Assembly: GCA_047495785.1 (NCBI GenBank)
Contig: JBLDXI010000056.1
Coordinates: 186,001-250,000 of the forward strand
Reading direction: 5' to 3'
DNA: 64,000 nucleotides
Source of the DNA: Lepidodermella squamata
Taxonomy: Eukaryota > Animalia > Gastrotricha
How positions within the stretch are numbered: the first letter of the stretch is position 1; every line of letters starts with the position of its first letter. The position numbers and the translations under genes are program-made. The notes under the pieces were generated by a model. It was given only the letters and a program-made list of their open reading frames with translations. It searched no databases and had not been told where the DNA came from. Positions 1-13,250 of this stretch are shown piece by piece.

Positions 1-1491
1 GTCATTGGGTTCGTGGGCGGCCGCCGTCTCGGCAGCGAGTTCGAGCCCTGGTTCGACGTGCCAGCGCCTGCCATTGAGATGGCCGCTCGCAGATCGGCCG
101 CCCACCTGCGCCAGTCGCCGAGACTCGTCGCGACGAGGTGCAGGCGCCGGCCGGTCGGCGTCTCGACCAACTGCAGCCGGCCGGGCTCGGCATCGGGCGA
201 GTTGATGAAACTCAACTCCCGCAGCGCGATTCGGCTGTGCAACCGGAACAACGGGCCGCTGGTTCCAGGCTGGGCCGGCCCTGGCGCCCTGGCCGCGTAC
301 AGCAGCCCATCGGCTAGCAGGACGAATAGGCGCGGCTGGTAGCCTTTCCGCGTCAACTTGTGGAGGCAGCCTAGCCGCACGAAGTCGGCATGGGCCCCGA
401 TCGGGAAGATTTGTTGGTCGTCGGAGTTGGCGCCGAGTGACGCGCGGAGTTCCAGCAGGACCCTGGCTGAGTCGACGCGGCCCAGAACCGAGGCGGAACC
501 GGCTAGCAGGTCCGAAAGGCGGGCTAGTAAGGCCGAGGCGTCTAACGAGTCGGGGTGGGTGGGCGATAGGTGGCCGACGTAGGTCGCGAGGAGATGCCGG
601 TAGGCTAGCAGCCGATGCGCTGGTCTGCAGAGGAGAAGCGCCGGCGATATGTAGAAGGCAGCGAGGTTGGCGTCGCTGGAGCCGGACGCCAACGCCTCGG
701 ACAGGGCGGCGATGTCTGAGCCGACCGCGGGGGACCAGAGCACGGCTAGGAGCCGGGCTAGGTACGACCTGTAGAGGTGGAGAACCGTGGTCAGGGACAT
801 CAGGATGTCGCCGATTTGCAGCAGAGCCGTCTGACCGCGGATCACCGAGGCGGTCATAGCGGCGTCTGCGCAAACCGCGGAGCACGCTGCTGTCCACGCG
901 CAGAGGCGCGATTCCAATTCGGCGGCGAAGGCGCGGTGGAAAGTTAGCAACGGGTGAAGGGTGGACGAGGCGAAGGCGCACAGGCAGTTGAGGCCGCCGC
1001 TGCCTGCCCCGTTGTCGGACCCGGTTTCTGAGTCCGAGGCGAGGCCAGGGCCGTCGTGGGCGTGGCGCCGAGGCGAGGCGACTGCGAGCGCGGCCGGAAG
1101 TCTCACCGCGGCTAGTTCGAGATCTCTGAGGAAGGTGCGTTCTGTTAGGACTAGCTCTTTCACTATGAAAAATAGGTCATCGGGTTCCTCGAGGGGTTCC
1201 GGCACGGGTGTCTGGCCTCGGAGGGGCCGAGGCGATGGGTACGCCGGCAGTTCGACGGGTTCGGTCGGCTGGGGCGGCTGGCGCGGCGAGGCGAGTCTCG
1301 ACGCTGCTGATTCGCATGAGATCGTCACGGGTGATTTGCTTGGAACCTGTTGTTGCTGTTGTTGTTGCTGAGACTGTGATTGGTTCGCGGCGCCAGGGCG
1401 GCCGCCTCGGCCCAGGGAGGACGTCGAGCCGATTGATGACTGCTGCACAGGCCGCCTTTGCTGGGTAACAAGCGTATGCTCCTCGTCACTG
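1..1491 (-). CDS. FARP: FARP exon encoding the DH (RhoGEF) domain and first PH domain (missed by the ORF track because the frame has no stop inside the window)
   Basis: Acceptor ttttcag at 1492-1498, then an open frame to base 1 with DH and PH motifs. It joins in phase 2 to the exon ending at 2472. Confidence 0.9.
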
Positions 1492-4400
1492 CTGAAAAGT
1501 ACAGAATCATTACTAATATTCCCGAAAATGAGAAAATGAGCTAAAATAAATCCCAAAATTCGAAAAAATTGAATTTACTATAAAATCAGTGAAAAACATT
1601 TTTAAATTCACCGAAAATTGAAAAATTTGCGGATAATTTTTGTAGCTTTAAATTTGACAAAAAAAATGAAAATAACAAAATTATTTACGCAAATCGAACT
1701 ATAGATTTGGCAAGTCGAGGCATTTCCACTTTCATGGTTCCTAATAGTTAGCTCCAGGGGAGATTTAAGCAGAATATGCGAGGAATAAAATGAAAATTCA
1801 TATCTTTTGCATCGTCATAAATAAGAAAATGTTCATCACTAATTCCAATAAATTCGAATTTATTTTCTCACGAGTGCGAGGAACGCTTTTTCTCGAGATG
1901 AAATTAGGCCTGAAAACCCGAGCTATTAAGGCGTCTCGCTTTTACGCGGTTGAACAAGCTTTTCCCTATGCATTTTGTATGAGATGGGCCAATTTTTCGC
2001 GCAAATTAAATATTAACACGCGTCCGACTTGAGATGCGCAACTCATTAAATATTAAACACTCGTGTCGTACTGTAAAACTAGTTAACGACGGCATGTTAA
2101 ATTTGCATGCCGCTTTGTCAAGTTCTAATCGATACTTACATCTTAGCCAATCGATAAGCATGCAAGTTGTCAAAATAAGCGTGAAATTGGCTATGGAAGC
2201 GCATCATCAAATCAACTTAAACCCAATAATTCAGTTAAATCGGGAAGCCCAGTTTTCTACCATTTGATAATTTTCCTAACAAATATCGATTTCTGGACAA
2301 ATTTTCGAGAATTCTATGAGAATTTCTGAGAATTAATCTTCGGGCGATCTTCGGGGGAATTTTTCGGAATTTTCCAGATTTGATTAAATGTTTAATAAAT
2401 TTGATTAAAATTTGATGTTCGATGTTTGATCAAATTTGATCTGATTCAATAAACATTTGAATCCAACTCACTTTTCATCGGTTTCGGTAACAACTTCGGT
2501 ATTGGTAGTCTGCGGCCGCCGCAGCGGGTCATTCGATCGGCGCTGTTCAACAGGCAGCCGCGGCTGGGCCATTGAGTACACCCCGGTCGAAGCTGCTGCT
2601 CCAGCTGCTGTTGCGGCCGGCGAGGCGTCTCGCTTCGGTGACGGCTGGTGCGGCGACTGCGAGTGGCCAGCCTGCGCCTGCGTGCCGCGTTGCCTCGCCT
2701 GCAGTTGCATCTGATTGTCGAACGAATTCGACGGCGGCATGCGTTCGACAACCATCGTGCCAGATATCACGACGCCGTACTCTGTATTAGACGAACGACA
2801 AGAACGCATCGATGAATGCTGAACAATAGAAAACGGCCGCGATTTGCGCGCACCCGACATTTTTTTGAGGGTTAATCAATCAATGAACAAGGGACAAAAA
2901 AACGGCGATCAAAAATTAGATTTTCCTCCACTAGACCCGGCCCCTCTGACTACGAAAAAAATGATTTGCGTGCACTTCGCACCGAAAAAAAATAAATTAG
3001 CATATCTAGCGCCAAAAATTACTGAAGCAGTGTGAAATGAAAATAAACCCTTGATTAAACAAAAGACAAGGCCCATTGGTAAATTTCTGTCTCTGTCTCT
3101 ATTATTTCATTATCATATTATAGTATATCGATATATAATATAACTGCATTTTTAATCAAATCAAATGCCGGGAAAAATGCGCCCATTTTTCTCGGCTGCT
3201 GCATCATCGAATTGGTTTTGTATCAAAAAATGAAAAGAAGAAGAAGAAGAATGACAACAATATGAGAAATTGAGGTTGATATGTCGAATCGTACAATAAT
3301 AATGATAATAATAACATTATATCGGTAAAATGACATAGGAAAAACCGCGCTAAATCGATTATTTACTAGTAAATAGCCAGCACAACAGTTTTGCAGAGTG
3401 AAAAACACGATTTTCTAGAATAATTTGTAGCTGAATCAGAAGGAAAAAAGGAACAAGAGTAGATTAGAACAAGATCAACTTGAAATGGAAGCAAATCGTA
3501 AATTATATTATAATACACATCATGGCAATTGTCATGGAGAAAAAAGGCATCAAAAAATTAATCGAGAGCAAAAAAAGTAGGAAAAATTGATCAAAAATTG
3601 ATTCTTTCCCGAATTTTGATCCTAATTTGAACTAAAAATGATCTAGAAAAATTGGATCGAAATTAGATCCTTAGATTAAAATTCAAAGTAGCCTGATCGT
3701 AATTTGATCAGGAATATCTAAAAATTCTGGAAAATGTCAATTTTGATGCAATTTTTCGCACTTGGCCCTGATTAATTGGTTTTACTAATTGGGCAGTAAT
3801 TAATAGTGAAATTACTCTCACGTTGTAGCCACTCTCGAACGCGTTGTTTCCTGACCTCGCGCCGCCTTTTAGCAGCCGCCGTTGGCATCATAGCGACGGC
3901 ATACAAGAGAAAAAACGATTTGTTAAACTTTCGAGGGCTCTATTCTATATGCATCCGAGTATAAAATAAAACTATACTATAGCTGGCATGAAATCATCAC
4001 TGCGGCTATACAATAGTTACACATATAGACTCGTTACTTTTATTATATCGAAAAATTGGCGAACGGAATCGTGGTAGTATGTAGGAAGAAGAGGATGATG
4101 AGGCGAAAATTATCGATTTTTTTCTCCTACCAGGGCTCATTCAAAACAAACAAACAACAGCGAGTGGAATGGCGCGCCGTGACGGCGAAAAAGCTGCCGC
4201 AACGACCTCGGGACATTTTAGCAATACAGTAATTATTTTTATGTGAGGTTTCAAAGTTTGACGGTGGGGTTGTTTTCATTATTACTGATACTACGAGTTT
4301 GTTTTTAGCGAAGGCAGGCCAAATCTGTACCATCATAGTCTTCTTCTTCATCATGATCAGCGTCGCTAGTACCCGGCCCTTTTTCGAAGAAAATAACAAT

Positions 4401-7400
4401 AACAACAACAAATAGAAGTGTATAACGGCATATCCATCAGCGCGAGTCATTTCAAATGACTAGATATGAAGAGCGAAGTCGAGGTTACTATTCAAATCAA
4501 TTTTTAGAAAATTTAATACATTTTTCAGCCGATTCTTTCCAGAAAAACCTGCATACAGCAAACCAAAAATTTTAATTTCATTTTAAAAGCTTGAAAAATC
4601 CTGAATTCCTAAATTTTCAATTTTTGAAAAAATTCAAAATTTTGAAATTTTAGAATTTAAGATTAAAAAAAATTTAAATTAAAAATACCAAAAAACTTGA
4701 GAAAAGCAACTTTTTTAACGTCTTTAACAGGGCTTCATGCGTTTTTAGCAAAGAATCAGCCGAAAAGTTCTATCTCTGAGACACGCATTATAATAAGATT
4801 TTCTGAACCTCCGCGACCTACAAATAGCTTCACACATAATCACTAGGTATTAGAGCGGCGACGCGTATGGGTTGTCGAAGGTGAGCACGAGGCAGTCGTC
4901 GCGCCGCTGCCCCACCGGCGTCGTCTCCTCCTCGTCGTCGATGGACGCAATCGGCGCCTGCGATTTCTCCTCATCATCCTCATCGCCATCCTCCTCCGCA
5001 ACATCAGACACCTCAGCCAGCGTGCCGAGATGGCCGGACAACGCGAACGAGCCCTCCGTATCCGACTCGCCAACATCCCCACACTCGGACGACGTGTCCG
5101 ACGAAACGATTTCCTCGTCCTCCTCAGGCCGGTTTTGATTGTTGAAAACAAGAGTTTCCGCTTCATTGAACCCGCACGCCTCGCCGTCTGTCGTGAGGGT
5201 CGTCGGCGTTTCCGCGCCATTAGCCACGTGGTTATTCGAGGCAGCGCTCATCGGACCGGGGGGTAGAAACGACGTGAAAGCAACCCCGGCCGGCAGCAAG
5301 TAACCAGGCGTGTTCGGCACCGGCATCGCGTTGGGCGGGGTCGAATTGCCCTGCGTCGCGCTCGACGACGCGCTCGACCGTGACGAATCGAGCCGGGCCA
5401 ACGGCGGCTGCAACGCGTGGCCGCTCTGGTTCGACGACAGCCGAGCCGCCGCGAGTTGCACGAGGGCTGAGACGTAGCGACTCGCGACGATTTCGTCATT
5501 CTTCGGCTGCGTCGTCGCCTCGCAGTTGTTCTGCAGCCAGCCGTCGACTCGGCTGCGAGGCGTGTCCTCGAACTGCTGCGGCGGCGGGTGGTGGGCCGGC
5601 GACTGGGCGAGCGAGGTGTGGCGCGAGCCGACGTCCTCCTCAATCTCCCACACCGGCTCCAGCCTCAACGGGTTTCGACTCGGGTCGACGTTCGCCGCGT
5701 TTTCGATAGTCGCCGCAGTTTTCGCGGCGCGGATTTGCTCGAGAATTTCGGCCTCGAAATTCCACTCGAGCGTATCGTCCGCAGCGGAGAAGCCGCCGAA
5801 TTGCCGCGTGCTGTTAACCGCCGGGCCGTTGAGGCGTTGCGGCGTGGATTTCGCCGTTGCCGGTTTCGACCCGCTGGTTTCCTCGACGGTTTTCCGGGTT
5901 AAAATGTAAGTGACTGCGATGTTTTCGGTGTTCGGCGTCTCGACCGGCGTTGGGATCGGGTCGTCCGCCTCGTCCTCGGGCGCGCTCTCGTCCGTCGTGG
6001 TCAGACTCGCCCGAGTCCGGCCCATCGCCTGGGCCTGGTTGCCCAGCTTCGGCGACTCGGAACCGCCTCGTAGCAGCGTGTTCACCGACGCCTGGGCCGA
6101 GGGTGGTAACGAGGCGTAAAGCGCCGCCTCGGACGCGGACCGGTAAGCCGGGAGGAGGGTAACCCCGGGCCCGGTCACGCTCAGCCGGTCGTCGCTCGAG
6201 GCGACGGAGCTTGGCCGGTTCTCCGCCGTGACATTCTGGTTCGAAAGTGCGGAGCTGGGCCGGTAAGGCCTCGGAACCGGGTTGCTTTGAATCACCCGGG
6301 GCGGCAGGGCGGGCGCGGGTTGTTGCTGCAGCATCTCCACATGCTGCGAAATCGGTAATTGTTGATAATACTGGTTTTGGCTCTGCGGGTACGGCGGTAA
6401 AGGCCTGAAAAATAGGACCCCGTCGTCTAGCCGAGGCATTAACAACGACTCGAAGTCCGAGGCGTCGTCGTCGACGCAGTTGTCCGAGTCGTCGGACGAG
6501 CCGCTCAACGCGAGCGACGACACGGTGACAACGGGTGACAGGTCCCGTTTAGGCGGGAACCAAAAATCAGCGATATCCGGCTGGTTAACATGCGCGGGTG
6601 ATTTTCTAGTCACCCTGCTCTGAGCTTTTTCGTTAATTCTCAGCCGGTAATCGTCGAAATCGTCGTTTTCGTAATTGTTATTACTAACATTATTCCTAGA
6701 AATTTGCTGTTGTTGCTGGTGGTAGTGCGTCATGACGGCTGTGGCGGGCTTCGGCGGCGGGACTGGCGGTGATTTTTTCGATAGCGACGAGTTCGAGGAC
6801 GAGGCCGGCGAGGCGGTGGTCGTGAATTCGTCGCCCGTGGTCGTCGATAGGTGGCGTTGCTGGTGCTGGTTCTGCTGGATGAGCACGTGATTCGGCGGCT
6901 TGATCGAAGTGGGCGGAGTCGAATACGTCGGGCGTTGGGGCGACGGCGCGTAGTGGCTGTTGTGGTTGTTGTTGTGATTGTTGTGATTGTTGTGGTTGTT
7001 GATGCCTGTTGAAGAACGAGTTTGCATAGCGCAGTATAAGCAAGCAAGCAAGCTGTCGTCGTAGTTTGAGTATTTTTAGTGATTTTTGTGTAGTAGCCTA
7101 ACGAGCGAACTTAGAGGTACGCCACGCAACCCGCTAGAAACTTTGAATTTCCTCGAATTTTTTATTAAAAAATTATAACTGGAAATCCTAATTTTTTTGA
7201 AATTTTTAAAATAATTTATGATTTTTTCAGAAAATTAGGAACATTTTTGAAATAATCAAATCTGACCATTTCAAATTCAAAAATCCCTACAAAATTGATG
7301 CCACTTAATTGAAAATTCCTGGCAGTGAGAAATCAGTAGGAGTGTCCCAAGTTGAGCAAATAAGGCTATTGGGAATGCCCCAAAATCATTCGAGAATTCA

Positions 7401-10400
7401 TTTTTTCCCGGCCTTACCAAGAAATGCTTGTTAAAAACTATTTGAAAATTCGGAATATTTTACAAATTTTCCGAAATTTTCCAAAACCCGCCCTAATACT
7501 GTAATAAATCTGTCTAAATTTGGAAATTTGTAGGGGGAAATTTTGAAAAATTATCGATTATCCAATGAAAATCAAGATGAAAAGCAGATAATCGAAATAG
7601 GCAGAGATAGAAAGAGGGGGTTGAAGTGTGCCATGGGCGAAAAATTTGATCACAAGGGGACGCCACACACGAAATTCGATAGAAAAATCGAAGAAACATC
7701 AAAGTGATACATGTATGTAAGCGGGTTGCGTGAAAAATATCGCAACTAAATCGGCGTATAATTAGACGATATGATAAGAAACGCAATAAAAACCCAACCC
7801 AAATTAAGGCGGGTGATTGACTACTGATTGATTGACAGGTGATGTACATAAATAAATTTATGAATTAATTTAGGATTAAAAAAATTAAAGGATTGAATAA
7901 ACTGATCGGGGTCAATAAATATATATAGGTCGCGCTTCACATCAATCAATAATCGATAATAATATTAAATAAAATCATCATTTATAATTTGATGATAATG
8001 TCAAGTCAAAAAACCGGGTCACGTGACATGGTACACAATTTAACCAACTTTTACTGTGGCCACCCTACTACATAAAATTGAAAATTAATTAGTAATTAAA
8101 TTAGACTGACCTTCTCGATGCTGCTGTACAGGCTGTTGTTGTTGTTGTTGTTGTTGTTGAGGCGGCGGTGGAGGCGGTGGTAGAATTTCGGTTCGCATAG
8201 TCGTCGAATCCTCCTGCTCCTCCTCATCGTCCGACGTTCGCTGCCCGTCTTCCTCATTATCATCGTCCTCGTACGACTGAGTCGATTGGCCCTGGCCTAC
8301 ATTCGTCTGGTACGATGTCGACGTCATTGTCACCTGTCGCATCGACGCGTGGTACGCCATTTCAGCCTGTTGAATTTGCAGCTGTAACTGCTGTTGCGAT
8401 ATCGAACTCATTTGCGGCTGTTGAGGCGGCGGCGGGGCTTGTTGGGCGGAACTCGAAATTTCTCGGCTATCCTGGCTGCGCCGGTCGTCGTCATCATCGT
8501 CGTGGTCGCGGTTGTCCTCATCCTCGTCCTCGTCCTGCGACTCGTACGGCGGTGGGACTCGCATTTCGGCCGAAGCCTGGCGGGAGGCGCCGTTTTTCAG
8601 CGCTGTTTTCAGCACTGGGACCGGTTCTTTCGCCGGCGTGGTACCGTTCGGTGCCAACCCGGCGCCGCTGCCGGCCCGCGACCGGTTCGGTAACGACCGG
8701 GTGTAATCGGGGTCTTGCTGCCCGCCACCGTTGCTGTTGACCTGCGTCGAACTTTCGAAGCCCCGACTCGCGTCCGGTACCGATGAGATACCGTTCCGCG
8801 CCAAGGTCGCGATTTGCGGGCTGCTAGCAGCGCTGCAAAAAATAAATTAAAAAAATCATGAAAAATTTACCGAAATATATTGAGAAATATCATGCACATT
8901 TTGAAAGTTGACCCGATTTTTTATAATCAAACTCACTAATTGCCAGGAATGAAAAATCAAGTAATGACAAATGACAACGAGATGATAAATATTGCGAAAT
9001 GCTAGAAAATAAAAATTAAGCTAGGTCACGTTTCGCCACGAATTATCTACCAATGATTTCTGGAAATTTGTAATTGGGACAGAATTCGGAGAAAATTTAA
9101 CAAAATTTCGAGTTTCACAGCTTTTCATCAAATTTCATCAAATTCTCGAATCGAAAACTTTCTCAATTTTAAATTGAGACCGAGGCGATCAAAAGTAACC
9201 TAGAAAGAAACATGCCGGATTTTGTTAGAAATTTTCGAAAACTGAAAAATCAAATTTATTCGAACTGAAATTAGTTGGGAAAATCTATTTGGTAACATAG
9301 GCAAGAGGTTAAGGATTTAGTAATTTTTCAAAATAATTGCTATAATGGAGATGAAAACTAAAAACGGCGAATTCAACAAACTGAACTATAATAGATTATC
9401 AAATCAAAGCACGCTAAGAAACAAACACTCTATATAGTAGCTAAACTAAATGTTGAAATTGACTGGCGTGTAGGAACGGCGCGAAAAGTGCGTGAGGAGG
9501 TTGATATTTTTGTATCAAATAATAATGATATAATATGAATAGTCATATCGCAACAATAAAAATTCAGGCAGGCAACGCGCTACTTTACGATTTTTCGTGA
9601 ATCGGACCCGTCGTTACGCTTCACTTACTCCCTGCTGGCATCGGCCACCGGGCTGGCCGTCATAGAAGAAACCGTCGTGGAACCGGGTTCCGGCATCGCC
9701 GGGACCGACTCGGCCTCGGTTTCCGGAACCGCAGGCATGGCGGGCTTATTTTTCGTCGGTCCCAGTTCCAGCGGTGGAACCGGCGGTGGTTTCGCGCCGG
9801 AACCCGGGCTGGGACCGGGTGCGTTGGGCGACACATTCGATAAACTGTTCGCATTTTATATGGGTGGTAGACATTATAATGAGTATAACAAATGATATAA
9901 AGGTACACGAAAGTGTGAGAAATTTAAATAAATTATTCAGTGTTAGCGATACGGGTGACAGCTAAACCGCTAATTACGAGAATTAGCTATTTGGTACAGC
10001 TAAACATTGTTTTCATTTTCTACTCAAGGCATGCAGGTAAATTTCTACCAGGATGAGATCATCTCAGAATAAATTTATGAAATTCAAAATTTCGAAATTT
10101 CAATTTTTTTCAAAATTTTTTAATAAACCTCAGATTTTAGTGTTATTATAGTATGTTACGCGTGAAACAACAAATTTTCCTTGTGCCAAGCTTACCGTTC
10201 GAAATTAGGCCGCCTGATGTAGTTCTGGCGAATGTATTCCTGAAGTTGGCGCTGCGTCCGGCCGCTGTATCGATAGGACGAGCCGCGCGAAATCAGCCGC
10301 GGCCGCGGTTTGTTCGTCGGCGCGACGGCATCGCAGCGGAAAAACGCGTGGTGTTCAACGCACTTTTTCCAGAAATTCTTGCACTGGTTGCGCGTCTCAA

Positions 10401-13250
10401 AGTAAAACTCGACCGCATCCTTGTAGTAACCCTGTTGTAATAAAATAAAATAAATGAAAATAACAGGTAACAAATTACAAAACGGGACGAAACACTGTCG
10501 ATATTACACATTTACTACAAAATATTCAATTTTTTTTTTATAAGTATGAATTTCAATCCCAAAAATACATTGGGATACCAATTTAATACCTTCATGCAAA
10601 AATCATGCAAATAAAACCTATAAAACATTTCCTAACGATTTATAGACTGTTGTATGAGCCTATTCAAATTCAGAAATGACCCAATTTAAAAATTAGAAAA
10701 AAAATCTTGCGAAATTTTCCATGTAAAAAACTGAATGTTCCTAATAACCCCAACCTAAAATATTGATTGATTATTTTCCAAACTCAATTTAGAAATGGAT
10801 CAGTTCGCATCAGTTCCGTTTCGAAGTTAGCCAAAAAACTAACAAAATTGCTAATTTAGCCAGATTTTCATTGGATCTACTGATAGTAGCAGAAGAAAAT
10901 TCTATCCCATTCGAAACCTTCACCTTCGAAATGAACTATAGGAGTTAGGAAAACACACATTAGAAATAGGCAACAGGTAAGATCAACTCCAATATATGTT
11001 ATTAGGGATAGGATTTGTAGGAAAAACACACACACAAGTGCGACAATATGAGGTTAGAATGTTACGGAATAATTATAGGTAAAATTAATTAGGCGACATG
11101 ATAATAAATATTTAAAGTGATGAATAGAATACACGTCAATCAAGGCAAGCTATTAAATGAGTTCTCCATGTATATTTTTACTCGACGCCATTTTTTCCGT
11201 CGGATATAACCGGGGCCAAACTCACATCAACTGTCGCCGGAAGACAAGCACATCCACCTTGAACCTGTTCGATTTTTTCCAAGTGTTGATAGTACAGGAG
11301 GAGGAGGAGGAGAAAAAATATTGGATAATGATTAATTGACCGGTGAAAACAAATCGATTTCTTGCCTACTACAGCTAATTAGATAAGATCGATATTCGGC
11401 GTTTTTTTCGGCATTCAATAGAGAATTATATAATTATTACATTAACATCGATTCGCGAGTGTTAAAGCGCAATAAAAAAAGTGGTTGAATAATTAAATTA
11501 TTTGCGCAATCAATAATTGAGAACTTACACATCCATCTGGGTGCAGTTTGATGAGAAATTTTTTGCGCTTGAAGCTCAGCTTGCGAATCTTGGCCCATGA
11601 AAATGTGTTGATTTTCGTCTGGTGCTGAAACACGGTGATGCCGAGGTGAACAACGGCGAGGCTCAGCGGCACGTCTTCGTGATCGCGAGCCGCATGCAGC
11701 CGCACGCCGTACATTTCGACTTTACGCGCCGTGTCTAACAGGTGGAAATCGGCTTCTCGAGGCGGCATACCACTGAAAAATAATCATAAATTTAAATGAC
11801 AATTGAATTGCAAGTTGCGCAAAACCGGACATTTCACTACAAATTAGGTCAGTCTCCCAAATTTAGGAAAAAAACTGAAAATTCCGGAAAATTATTTTGA
11901 AACTAAAATATTAAGTAAAGTATTTGTATTAAAAAAAGTAAAAATGCTGGAATTATTATATATAATTGCTCAGTAAAATTTGAAAAAAATGGATGTTGTA
12001 GCTTACACGTGAGTTCGGTGGTACTGCGCAACTTTGCGCAAAAAGTCGTCCGTTTGCTGTACAACGAATCGGTAGCCGGCGAGGTAGGCGTGCGAGTCGC
12101 CGAACTCCTCCTGCCAGTCGCCCATCTCGGCCTGCGCGATGTACGACGACAGTAAGGCGGCTGTGTTGGCGTTGCACGGCAGTTGGCCCGTCGCCAGGTC
12201 ACGCTTGATCTGCAACGCGTACAAGTAACGCGTGTACTCGTCCTCGAGCAGTGTCGGATCGGGTGTGTAGAATTTAACCGAGAATTTGAAAAATAATTGA
12301 CTCGCTGAGGTAACCTAAAACACAAACAAATATACATTTAAAAAAATCGAGTAAAAATTGATATCTATAACTGTCACCGAATCACGAAAAATTGCTAGCA
12401 AATTAAAATTTAAATCCCTTAAAAATTCAAAAAAATCGAATAAAATCGATAAAATTAAAAAGGCCGCATTTCCACAAAACAATCCATCTGTAACCCAGTT
12501 TCCCCTAAAATTTACATCAAAACAGGAGGAAAAATACTGGGAATAATTGAAATTCCCTCCCAACAATATTTTTTAACTCTTCCCTATATAGGAAACGTTT
12601 CAGAAACATAATTATGCATGTATTTATAGAATATATTGAAAATTCCAGAAAAAATATAGGTAAAATGTCCATTTTTTGGAAATTAGAGCTGGAATGAATT
12701 CTGGTTTTACTAGATTTTTTTCGATTAATTTGGGGTTCCAACACTATGCTCCAGGACGCTCAGATTTATCGCTACAAATATTTAGACCCCTTCTCGATTT
12801 TTGCGGGATTTTATTGGAAAATTTGTAGATGGAAATTTCATTCTTCCTAAATATTTGAATATCATTTTTGTAGTACAATTTCCAATCAATTTAGAGCTTG
12901 GAAATGCTCAAAATTTTTACTTCCTGTCTGAAATTGTTCGAATTTTTGTTTACCTGTCTGAGGATGAGCTTTTCGCGGTTGAGCCAGCACTGGCAGCCCT
13001 GCGCATCGGTGAACTCGAGGTCGAAGTAGTCGGACTCGATGAGCTGCAGGTGGCGTATCACCTCGTCGTACAGCTCCTCGCCGATCGCCTTGTACGACAC
13101 GTAGAGCGTGGCGACCGTGTCGTCGAGCATGAGCACGCGCACGGCGAGCGTGCCCTGCCGCGGCACCGACGACGCCGACGACGACTGCGCCAGGCCGCCC
13201 GGGCCCGCCACGCCGCCGCCACCGCCGCCGCCACCCGACACTTGCGCCAT
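1..13250 (-). CDS. FARP: FERM, RhoGEF (DH) and PH domain protein, FARP1/FARP2/CDEP orthologue; 3' end lies outside the window
   Basis: Phase-consistent GT-AG exons: 13250-12954, 12314-12007, 11772-11529, 10431-10196, 9844-9629, 8832-8111, 2781-2472, 1491-<1. FERM motifs: [86 protein letters not shown]-adjacent motif: [15 protein letters not shown] start: [22 protein letters not shown] start: [30 protein letters not shown]. Confidence 0.93.
4850..7005 (-). CDS. FARP: Large low-complexity exon (~718 codons) ending in a stop; probable alternative terminal exon of FARP giving a FERM + disordered-tail isoform without DH-PH
   Basis: Phase-1 acceptor tcaacag|gcatc at 7005 fits the phase-1 donor at 8111. 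The frame is GC-rich and open to TAA at 4850. An AATAAA lies downstream on the minus strand at 4039-4044. Confidence 0.7.
11226..11264 (-). CDS. Candidate 39-nt in-frame cassette micro-exon ([13 protein letters not shown]) in the FERM C-lobe of FARP
   Basis: aacag| acceptor and strong |gtgagt donor; phase 0-0, matching the flanking phase-0 intron (10432-11528). Confidence 0.35.

Noticed and set aside
1-1470. Several plus-strand ORFs and an initial impression of a retroelement gag-like region
   Set aside because: They are shadows of the GC-rich minus-strand FARP DH-PH exon, which is in frame throughout.
4850-4890. FDNPY resembling an FDNPxY endocytosis/PTB motif at the end of the FARP alternative exon
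   Set aside because: The spacing is NPYA, not NPxY.
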